The position numbers and the translations under genes are program-made. Below are positions 55,501-64,000 of a stretch of DNA of 64,000 bases, in pieces. The notes under the pieces were generated by a model. It made no database searches. It saw only the letters and a program-made list of their open reading frames with translations, and was not told the origin of the DNA. The DNA is from Ylistrum balloti (Eukaryota): NCBI RefSeq assembly GCF_031769215.1, contig NW_026782003.1, positions 3,224,001 through 3,288,000 on the forward strand, in the 5' to 3' direction. The stretch's first letter is position 1. Each line of letters opens with the position of its first letter.

Positions 55501-58500
55501 ACGTCAGACAAAACGACGCAATGCTCACCTACCTGTAGCATAGTGTTATACAGTTTTAATCACGATTTGTTGTATAAATTCGTGGGATGCCCCGAAGACT
55601 TCTGATATCCCTCAGTGACATTCTCGTCTAGATTTTGACTGAAATTTCCTCACACGCCTCTCAAACTTCAAAATTTAGCCTTTAGCATCGCCGATGAGTC
55701 AGATAAGGATATCATCGTTTGTTCTATTGCATTTAACTCTTAATTTCAATTTAAATATGCTATTCACATGCGTATCCTCTGTATAATCTTTATTTATCTG
55801 TTCATGTGTCGTTGTTTTTACTTTTTAAATATCTGCTGTGTTTCTGTTTTCTTTCTTTTTTGCATTTCTATGTCCATTCTCGGTTCCTGTTTCGGTTGAA
55901 GTCTTTAAGTCTATTTATTATCATCATTATAGAGCTCCTCTCTATTGGTTGTCTACTGCCCCTTACCTTCATATCTTCACTGATCATGTTATATATCCAT
56001 TGAACAAATATATCGACCATTGTGTTTGTTATCGGGGAAGAGATATGTTGATGTAACTTAAACTGAAGCAAAGGACATCAGCAACAACTGATGAACCTCT
56101 CATATCCGCTATCGGGTTTGTAAACATACCAACTATTTTTTACTTGCGAGCGAAATGTCCAACAAGCTGAGGAACAATATGAGACACTCATTATCTTCAA
56201 GTGTACATGTAGAGACACAAAGGGTGTTTCAATATAATGTGTACACACACATAGTCTTATCAGTAACAATATATTATAAACCTTATTAGAATACCAATTT
56301 GTTCCTAAAACTAGCATCTCTTTATAAACATTCTTCTTGATACAGATATATATCTATGAATATATAGATATTGTAATAAAAGCTGAGTCTTATATTGGTT
56401 ATAAAGATATTATTTACATTGGACTTCCTGTTTTAGTCCTTAAATCATCATACTATCTATATATCGTACTAGATATAACGTTAGTGTATTAGATGCAGAA
56501 ATATCCATTACATGTAATGTGCGATACAGTCGTAAAACTAAATGTGTCATCACCAAAAGAACTTGTCTGTTTGTGACGTTTTACAGCTCATACGTCACGA
56601 TATGGAAAACAATTGGCATTACTTTATTGCTAATTTGATTTTATCTTCCCCTTTAGGAGCCTCCATTCATCCAATGGAAGAATGACACTCCCCTGTCACA
56701 CCCTATATACAACCTGAACGACCATCTGGAGGGCTTCTGTGTCAGTGTTCTACAAGAAATGGCGAAACTATTGGATTTTACGTACAATCTGACATTAGTA
56801 CCTGATGGCAAATTTGGGAGTTTAAAGGCTCACGGATGGACAGGAATGGTCAGAGTTTTGTATGAAAAGGTATTGAAACCTAATAATGCATAATTATTAA
56901 ATACAGATACAGAAAATCTTTAGTTAGATTCACCATTAAAACAAACTCAAGAATATCGACACCATCCACAACAACAGCAATAAAAATGAAACTCATGGTA
57001 GTGATTCTTGAAATATATCATGGAAAAGGTATATATATCAAATATCATATTGTTATTTCTGTTAAGACATTCTTTTTGTTTGTCTAGCTTTACTCTACAA
57101 GAATAAATATTCGAAATTAAGCGATTAATATTCTGTAAGAAGAAAGGTATGTTGACATTTATCTATGTTAGGTACACATTAGTTTGTAGTCCATAAAATA
57201 ATGTGTAATATGGTGAATATAATGATTTAAATGTGATTGATATTTTTTTCAGGAAGCCGATATTGCTCTTGCACCTTTCCAAATTACACCCAAGCGGTCA
57301 ATGGCTGTGGATTTTACTAAGCCGTTCATGACAAAAGGTACCAGCGTTGTTGTCAAAAAACCAGACAGGAGTGTATCACCATTTCAGTTTTTATCCCCTC
57401 TGTCAAAATATGTGTGGATAGCAATATTTGTGTGTTTCGTGACTACAGCCTTAGTGCTGTTTGCGACTAGTCGTGTGAACAACGACAAAAAACCAAAATT
57501 TATGCACAATATGAGAGAAAGTTTTTGGTATATCTGGGGAACCATCTTACGTGGAAATTTGACAGGTTCACCCACTGGGATATCCAGTAGAATTGTAAGT
57601 GCCGCTTGGTGGTTTTTCTCTTTAATTATTATTTCTATATATACTGCTAATTTAGCTGCATTTTTAACTATTTCTAATGCACATATACCTATAGACTCAG
57701 CTGCTGACTTAGCAGATCAGACAGATTTTGACTATGGTACTGTTGATGGCAGTCAAATAGAAAACTTCTTTAAACATACAAATATATCGCATTATGCAAA
57801 GATGTGGGCACATATGCACTTGCTCTCGAAGGAATCTATGGTAAGAAGAGTTGAAAATGGATTCGATCGAGTTCTAAGAGAGAAATATGCCTTCCTGTGG
57901 GACTCGCCGGTAGTGCGGCATCATATTGCCAACGACTGTGGTCTAACAGAAATAGGGAGCCCATTCGATTTGAAAGGATATGGAATAGCTACGCAAAAGG
58001 ATTCCATTTACACTGAAAAGCTGTCTTGGGCAACATTAAAGCTGAATGATGATGGCATTCTATATCGTTTGGAAGGAAAGTAAGTATAACGAAAAGAAAC
58101 TAAGTACACCCACGTGTATTCACACGTGTCAACGTGACTATTCCCTAATCTGTATCTATGTATCAAATTACCCCTTATAATATTTTAATTTGTTTCAAAC
58201 CAGATTATACACTTCTGTAGGGACGAGATGTGATGAATGATCGTACAAGGATGTCAGGTGTGCGTAATAGGCAGAGGTTTAAACCTTACCGTTGAAGGTA
58301 TAGAATGTAGGGCCATATAACACTTTTAAAGGTGCTAATATACTTAGAGTCAGGCTATGGAAAGTAGGGACACAGAACACTTTCAAAGGTGCGGATAAGC
58401 TAACAGTTAGGCTATGGAAAGTAGGGACATATACTATTTTCAGGTGCGAATATACTTACACTCAGGTTACGGAAGGTAAGAACATAAACTACATTCAGGT

Positions 58501-61125
58501 GCGAATATACTTACAGGTAATCCAAGATGTCGTCAAGGTCAGTCAAACATGGTTTCCTGGTTTATTTTTGCATAACTTGTCTAGAAAGCAGATGCAATTT
58601 TCAATCGGTTATAGACGCTTTCTTGACACTTAAAAATTGAATCAGAAGGCTGTGAAATCATTAACTCAACTCTCTTTTGTCCAATTTGAATTTTCCTCAT
58701 TTGGGTTTGAAAATTTGTGCGAATACTATCACTGACGATTCCTATAAAGACGAAATAGGGTTATTATTCATTAAAGCGTTTAAAAAGATCTTTAAAGAAA
58801 GTGCCCAAGATGGTAGGACCAAAATCAGATAATTAGACGATTCTTTACCTGAGTGTCTGTAAGACAATAAGTGAAAAATTTCTTAATACATATTTTTTGT
58901 ATGTATTAGAAGTTTTATACTAAACATCGGATAACATCTTTAAATGTACACTAGAAATAAGTAATTATATACGCACGAGCCGTGAACTTGAAATTTAAAA
59001 TTCTATCAATATACCTTAATCCTTATTCCAAATAAACTACTGTCAATTATTATCTTATACATGAAAAAAGACACACATTTGAATAGGGCCTTTCGAAATA
59101 TATTTAAAGTAAGACACAGTAAAGACGAACATTGAATTAAACTGCAGAAAGCAGTCTGTCTTGTCCTTCTAGGACTCATCAGTATTATATGCTATTGTTG
59201 TATCGCATTGTCGTTCTAAATCGCGATTCCTGTTATGTTACGATAAACAAGATTCAAGCACTATGTAGGTGTAGCATTGAATATATTCTGTCCTTGCGTG
59301 TAGCATCTAGAGCCACGGTTCTGGCCTAGAATTTCAAGTTATATACCGTAAGCAGATGTGTAGTAAGCGGATGATCAACCTCATGTAACTTAGATTGAAG
59401 GTTTGTGTCAATATTGCTTATCTCTTTCCGAGTTCGTATGCTAGCTGTGCTGATTCTTTGCCGTTGTGTTCAATATCAGCATCCATCGCAGGTTATCAAT
59501 GTCCGCCGTTTGCAACACAGATATTCTGTCTGAGAGAGTTAATTCAAGATGAAAGATACAATCTATTAATCTCATTTAAGTTTCCGTTAACTTAATAAAA
59601 CAGAACTAATCTTGAAGACGATAGAAACAATTGTGGTGAATAATGGTATATGTTTCGATGGGTTCTTATGCAATCAGATTTCGTCTCATTAAAGTGGAGG
59701 CAGAAAAATGTCACGTGTGGTAGTGCTAGATTTTTTTAATGTAGTTCTATCAATAAAAGACAAAGATCAATCAACATGGTGATGTTCAAGTCCGGAATTC
59801 TCAATAACTCAAGCTAAGACCTAGGTTTTTTGGTCATTTCGCAGTAATTTTATTTTCCTTCCAACCTCATCTCATGTAAGGTTATGGGCAATTATCTAAT
59901 TTCATAAAACCCTTGAAATCTCTCTTCCTATTCTCTTTCGCACAACGTCATGGTCTATTTTTCATTTCATATAACATTTGTCATCTTTACAAACTGACTA
60001 ACTCTATCGTTAACTGAAAGCTAATTTGGACAATGCAACACAGTAATTTGTTTATTAGAAATACGTCGATTTTAATATGGTATTGTTATGGCATTGAAAT
60101 CGTGGATGGTGTATTGTCTCTCTCATACAAGGTTAGAAAATTATTATTGAAACAATTCTTTGTTTGTGACAACATACTCATCATATCTCATATTTCGAAA
60201 TTTTTGTTCAAGACTTTGTCGACTGACTGCTTAATTTAACAGAGATGTTGAACAATCAGGAAAGATTACTATTATGAGTAACTTAACATTTCACTTGTAT
60301 AATAATTTTCTAATTGACTATAAGCGTTTTAAGTCATATATTTGAAAATACCCAGTGTGAGCAAGGGGATTTACTATGCTCCAACAGGTGGTGGCGTCGA
60401 CCAAATTGCCCCGATCCCCGTCAGAGTGCCAAGAGCAAAGCCATTGAAATCAATGTTGCTTCCGGAATGTTTATTGTACTTCTTGGAGGCATTGTCTTGT
60501 CCATAGTTGTGTTCCTGGGAGAATTGCTATACTACAGGGCAAGGGCAAAAAGTAAAAAGGTAGGTAAAAATAAGATTAAGTCTATCATGTCTAGATTGTT
60601 TTCAAATGACAGAAGCTCAGCATGATGCTCAATATTGATTTTTAGACGACTTTGGTTTTCTTGTTAGTCTGCCTAATCGTTAGGTCTGCTCTACGTTGCC
60701 ATAATATGAGCTCAGGTGTGATGAATAAGACGGAAAAGTGATAGTCTCTCATTTGCAGCACATGCGATCTTTTCTACTTTTGCAATCCACCATTTCGTTT
60801 TTTTCCTTTTTTTTTTATCAAATATTGGCCAGGAATTTATTGACTCTTTTACGTTAAATCAGGTTTCGGATGAGTTTAACCACGTTTAATTTGAATCTTG
60901 CTTTATGTAACAAAATACAAGTAGTCAATTATAACACAAATCTGTAAATTTTCATTTTGTACTTTGATTTAGCCCATCGAGGAGCGTGAAGAAAACAATT
61001 TTCACAGTTCCGGTAACCATGTTGGAAATAACGCTGAAACTAGCAGTAAGGACGATGAGGTACGTACAGTTCTGTCGCGTACATTAAGCATTGGCGAGAA
61101 CTGTGTACACAATCGATGGGAGTAG
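28435..61125 (+). CDS. Ionotropic glutamate receptor family subunit, non-NMDA (AMPA/kainate/delta-like) and divergent; 11 joined exons, 5' end incomplete
   Basis: Join 28435-28566, 29100-29345, 35375-35553, 38490-38543, 43919-44137, 47574-47678, 52211-52354, 56657-56869, 57253-58079, 60388-60559, 60973-61125. All introns are GT..AG and the phases match (1,1,0,0,0,0,0,0,2,0). Hallmark motifs present: PDGKFG, DIALAPFQITPKR, VDFTKPFM, WWFFSLIIISIYTANLAAFLT, KGYGIA, KWW..C and an M4 helix. The subfamily cannot be assigned without a phylogeny, so no symbol is given. Confidence 0.93.
29100..29345 (+). CDS. iGluR exon: ATD (ADEIVKTLKISALIG...FNWLRVGILYDNEA), phase 1-1
   Basis: Acceptor gtattgcag|, donor GCTG|gtaagt, 246 nt. 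FNWLRVGILYD matches the ATD W..v.ilYD motif. Confidence 0.92.
30425..30480 (+). mobile_element. Family B copy with a heavily decayed hammerhead motif
   Basis: ttaggtttcaaaattaaggcctttagcgtca CTGACGG matches the flank of the 50.5 kb and 55.7 kb copies. Confidence 0.5.
31403..31500 (-). ncRNA. Degenerate hammerhead motif, family B
   Basis: Minus strand: aatca CTGACGA GTT CTAGGAT GAC GAAA C AGCT G CA ctgg. The cleavage triplet is GCA rather than GTA. The flank aaatttgaattttcctca is shared with the 58.7 kb copy. Confidence 0.72.
35375..35553 (+). CDS. iGluR exon: ATD (ASQVVINLIG...NAEIILTQ), phase 1-0
   Basis: Acceptor tctatttcag|, donor CAA|gtaagt, 179 nt. RNALKELRDNYYEKFVILCS resembles the ATD lower-lobe segment. 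Confidence 0.9.
35878..36000 (+). mobile_element. Family A copy
   Basis: gatgaagcagaagatgataactctttcggaacacctggtctc...catattttgccttatttttattg aligns closely with the reverse complement of 46065-46205. Confidence 0.75.
36052..36155 (-). mobile_element. Family A copy, inverted relative to the copy about 50 bp upstream
   Basis: The reverse complement contains aagcagaagatg, ggagtc and tttggccctatgtttatggaatttg. Confidence 0.55.
37997..38176. other. Assembly gap (N run), intronic
   Basis: 180 N. Confidence 1.
38490..38543 (+). CDS. iGluR exon: ATD (ALYLSLLSRPNTWLVVTM), phase 0-0; absent from the ORF track
   Basis: Acceptor ttcttttttccag|, donor ATG|gtaagt, 54 nt. It fills the A..lgm......yii.sl segment between its neighbours. 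Confidence 0.85.
40619..40806. other. Assembly gap (N run), intronic
   Basis: 188 N. Confidence 1.
41888..41965. mobile_element. Possible MITE or DNA-transposon fragment
   Basis: GC-richer island gacagagaaatctctatccgag...cgaggctttgccgagggt resembles a motif I recall from mollusc interspersed repeats. No partner TIR was found. Confidence 0.25.
42316..42432. repeat. 42-bp tandem repeat, about 2.7 copies
   Basis: gttacgcttcatgaa.tg.tgacgttatcaattggcgacat starts at 42317, 42359 and 42401. Confidence 0.92.
43919..44137 (+). CDS. iGluR exon: ATD (GVDDIALDRYIDSRANMTSLSL...MLKTLRQ), phase 0-0
   Basis: Acceptor ttgattttcag|, donor CAG|gtaact, 219 nt open. Confidence 0.9.
46065..46205 (-). mobile_element. 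Family A copy (best preserved)
   Basis: Reverse complement: gataaagcagaggacgcgtactcttccgaaacatctggtc...gatattttgccttggttttattgaatttg. Confidence 0.75.
47574..47678 (+). CDS. iGluR exon: ATD (ITIDGCTGHVEFTKAGNR...LKNGT), phase 0-0
   Basis: Acceptor ctcgttttcag|, donor ACA|gtaagt, 105 nt; carries the G.TG...F...G.R motif. Confidence 0.92.
50522..50595 (+). ncRNA. Degenerate hammerhead motif, family B
   Basis: gcatca CTGACGA GTC CGAAAT GAC GACG C AGGT G TA tgagg. The GAAA box is mutated; stem I catca/tgagg is nearly intact. Confidence 0.68.
52211..52354 (+). CDS. iGluR exon: end of ATD and start of S1 (SALFQSGTW...PLRITTII), phase 0-0
   Basis: Acceptor acatttacag| after a pyrimidine tract, with an alternative in-frame acceptor at 52226; donor ATC|gtaagt. 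Contains the GTW and LRITTI motifs. Confidence 0.88.
53431..53478. repeat. 24-bp tandem duplication
   Basis: gtacggtaataggaacg(a/g)attgtt at 53431 and 53455. Confidence 0.9.
55640..55720 (+). mobile_element. Family B copy, 5' half of hammerhead motif only
   Basis: tgaaatttcctca...cttcaaaatttagcctttagcatcg CCGATGA GTC; no GAAA box follows. Confidence 0.55.
56657..56869 (+). CDS. iGluR exon: S1 (EPPFIQ...EGFCVSVL...PDGKFG...WTGMVRVLYEK), phase 0-0; absent from the ORF track
   Basis: Acceptor cttcccctttag|, donor AAG|gtattg, 213 nt; classic S1 motifs. Confidence 0.95.
57253..58079 (+). CDS. iGluR core exon: end of S1, M1, M2 pore loop, M3 and most of S2, phase 0-2
   Basis: Acceptor tatttttttcag|GAA GCC GAT, donor AA|gtaagt, 827 nt. 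It extends the 57301-58083 ORF 16 codons upstream. Confidence 0.97.
58255..58517. repeat. 55-57-bp minisatellite, about 4-5 copies, intronic
   Basis: The ggtgc anchor recurs at 58331, 58388, 58443 and 58498; shared aggctatggaaagtagggaca and gaatatactta. Confidence 0.85.
58682..58768 (+). ncRNA. Degenerate hammerhead motif, family B
   Basis: caatttgaattttcctca...ctatca CTGACGA TTC CTATAAA GAC GAAA T AGGG TTA. G10.1 is changed to T and stem III is decayed. Confidence 0.6.
59147..59190 (-). ncRNA. Degenerate hammerhead motif, family B
   Basis: Minus strand: CTGATGA GTCC TAGAA GGAC AAGA C AGACT G. The first box and the 4-bp stem II are perfect; GAAA is changed to AAGA. Confidence 0.6.
60388..60559 (+). 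CDS. iGluR exon: end of S2 and M4 (KWWRRPNCPD...GMFIVLLGGIVLSIVVFLGELLYY...KSKK), phase 2-0
   Basis: Acceptor atgctccaacag|G completes the AA+G Lys codon; donor AAG|gtaggt; contains the hydrophobic M4 helix. Confidence 0.93.
60973..61125 (+). CDS. iGluR probable last coding exon: C-tail (PIEEREENN...KDDEVRTVLSRTLSIGENCVHNRWE*)
   Basis: Acceptor actttgatttag|, open in phase 0 to TAG at 61123-61125. An internal donor-like GAG|gtacgt at 61059/61060 makes the true end uncertain. Confidence 0.65.
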   Translation, partial: PIEEREENNFHSSGNHVGNNAETSSKDDEVRTVLSRTLSIGENCVHNRWE

Positions 61126-64000
61126 TACAGTGTATGTTTTTAAGAAGTGTCGTTTATGGTATATATGTACCAGAGAAGATGAACAAAGTTTGTGTTTGAA
61201 GTGAACAGTTGTCCAGAATATACAATGATATTGAAGAACACGTGATAAAGATATTTGAGCATGATATTGCTAACGATTTAAAACAAAGCAATGTTGATGA
61301 CATGCGTGTATGTATTATGTACCAGTATTTAATGATCGAAGAAATTATTTGTATCAATTACTGAATATGATAATTTTATCTCATTTGGCCAAACTTTGAA
61401 TATACTGTTATACAAATATTAAAAAGATATCCATGTTAATGTCGAAGAATCGGAGAGAAAATGCGTTTCGTTTACGAGTCGGGGGAGAAATATAAAATGG
61501 AAACAATGTATTCTTATTGTGTACATATATGGTGTTTTTAATTGATAAACATGAAGTTGTTAACATTCACTGTATGATATTATTTCGTAATACTGCTACA
61601 CGTGATATGTGCATGAATTGCATATACGCATTTGGATAATTTGGAGTGATAGAATAGCTGTTGTTTTCAATATAACACATGTGAATGCTAGAATAACTGT
61701 TTAATTTAGTTCTTTAATATTTGGATCAAACATGATATATAATACTACATAACACCTGTACGATTCACGATATAATTGGCGATGGTTATTATGAGTTAAG
61801 GATCTTTAACCAAATAGAACGAGAATACAATGACATTTTCATAAGGTAATAAGTATGTTATGGTATAAGTACTGGCTGCATCCCTCTATAGATTGACCAA
61901 AACAATAATTGTTATGAAAAAAGTAACGAAACGTAGAGAGTTATATTTACCATCACTTATTTACATTAAGCAAATTTTTGAGTAATTGAAGCATTTGCAC
62001 AACCATAACTATAACACGAAACCATTTAAACAAACGCATAAAAAGCAAAACGGTTTTTTGTCTATTCGAGTGTCTATGCTCATTATTCAGAAACTTCCCT
62101 TTGAAAACATTGATATTATATGATTGACAAGATTAGGTAGATGTTTAAGATTTTGTACTTTCGGCGTTCCATAGTTTCGAAGTCTTTCTTACAAAATTAC
62201 ACTCAGGGAATACGTTAAAGGTCCATACGAACTAGGTACGACCAGAAAAAAATACACTTAGTTATCATGCTTAATGTCTGAAGCCAATTGAACACAAATT
62301 AGGTCAAACATATTATTTCTTGAAAAGAAACGTTCATCGGATGGAATAAAAAGTCAATGAACAACGTTGAACAACCAAGATCAGCGCCCTAAAACTTAAT
62401 TATCATTTTTATTGCCATAATTAACTAACATATGAAAAGCCGAGTTACAAACATCTCCCCCTTTCTTTAGAAATGATGCTTTGTTCATCTTCACATTATT
62501 ACAATGACATTATCGTAATTGCAATTCGATCTGTCTAGTTTTTGGAGGCACTTTTTCCATGGTTTTTAGCGAAGCAGTAATATAAACTTGCTTTTCAAAA
62601 ACAAACTTCTTGCTAAATGTCAATGCTAGTATTTTACAAGTATGATAGACGGCCGGCTTATTGAAGTTGCTGACCTATATAGATTAAATAAAAACACTTG
62701 TTAACCATTCCAGAAACTTCAAAAACCTCATACTCCATGAGTATTTTATATCTACATGTAACCTTCAAATATATACAAACTTGCTTGTTGTCAAGACATG
62801 ATCAAATATAGCATTATTATTGAAACAAAATAAGTAGTTTTAGTAACAGCCATTCTACATCTGTCCATTCTATAGACCTTGCCAATTCTACATTGGTTCA
62901 TAAATATCATGTGGAGTTTTCTCATTTAAAATGTTTTTAAATGATAAGATATGTATTGAAGTGTGTATGATTTATACGTTTTTAAGTGTGCATATGTATA
63001 AGAGTGAATATGGTATTAGAAAAAAATGGTTCTGTGAATAGAAGTAACAATACGAAACATACACCCGTGGATCAATGGAATAAATATTAAATATGCAATA
63101 TAATCAGTGGAGAAGCTGCGTGAAGGCATGCCTCCATTTACCGTATCTAACCTAAATAATACCACTCTTTGAATTTACCAGTATTATTATATCAAAAATG
63201 ATATTAAATGCGTTCTAATAACCATACAAATGGTACTGTTTCCTGTGTAACTGAGAATTATTTCCTAATGTTTTGATTGGTAAATAGTCGATAGGAAGGT
63301 TTTGACATAATTTATAATTAATAGCCAGTGGAAAACTGATGTCATTTCGGTCCAAGCAACTCACTTGATTGAAATCGATGAACGAGATAAACTATTAAGG
63401 TCACTAATAAAACATTTAAGTTTTTAAACACAAAAAGGCATGACTATGGACATTTTGTGTTTGAATTGTTCCATCTCAAAATCGATATTTTCTGAAAACT
63501 TATGTATTGAAAACATATTCAATTTCCAACAAGTTGTTTTAATAGGAACACATGAATTGAAATACATAGCAGTTATAACAAGGCAAACGCGTCTAATGAA
63601 GGATACACATTGATGTACAGAGTTGTATCGTTCAATGGTTACATCTGATTCAACGGAATTATATTAGTAAAATCTGATAGCATGGAAAATATAGACAATT
63701 GATAAAGATCAAATCTAGGAAGAAAATCTGCGTAGTAAGTTGAATTGTATTCAAGAATGCTGCTACAAAATCCAAAACCAGAATAAAAGCTCACCTTAAG
63801 CATGATTAAGGATTTAAATAATATCTCTGAACATTTAATTCAACAGATAAATTAAAATTACATTTCTGTCACAGCTGCATGAATGTATATTGAAGAATTT
63901 GTACATCGATACAAGCCTTTTAAGAGTATATGTTACATAATGTATGCATTCTGAGGTCGGAAATCTGCATTTATATTATTTGCATAGATATACAGTGTGT

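Noticed and set aside
57384-57575. 63-aa minus ORF
   Set aside because: Antisense shadow of the iGluR core exon.
57253-58079. Assignment as IR25a/IR8a, an NMDA subunit, or a named GRIK/GRIA orthologue
   Set aside because: The pore loop lacks the IR25a TPQGGGE and the NMDA-type Asn tip, and the divergence is too great to name an orthologue by eye.
59770-59800. B-box-like gttcaagtcc (tRNA or SINE head)
   Set aside because: No properly spaced A box and no cloverleaf. I found no convincing tRNA or rRNA gene anywhere in the window.

Overview
This is AT-rich animal genomic DNA with spliceosomal introns and three N gaps. The repeat content is reminiscent of a bivalve mollusc, but that is inference only. 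The main feature is one multi-exon, + strand, non-NMDA-type ionotropic glutamate receptor (iGluR) family gene. I can join 11 coding exons from 28435 to 61125 in consistent phase (2444 nt, about 813 codons). They cover the ATD, S1, M1-M2-M3, S2, M4 and C-tail; the start codon and signal-peptide exon(s) are not securely found. The protein is divergent at its key functional sites: a genomically encoded Arg at the Q/R site inside an R-G-N pore tip, IYTANLAAF instead of SYTANLAAF, a ligand pocket that looks glycine-type or non-glutamate, and an ATD lacking the conserved disulfide and flap loop. About eight dispersed copies of a short repeat carry degenerate type I minimal hammerhead ribozyme motifs, of the kind known from Penelope-like elements and retrozymes. 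There is also a second dispersed repeat family, several minisatellites and some coding-like relics. All alignments to reference receptors were done by eye from remembered sequences. No search or computation was run.
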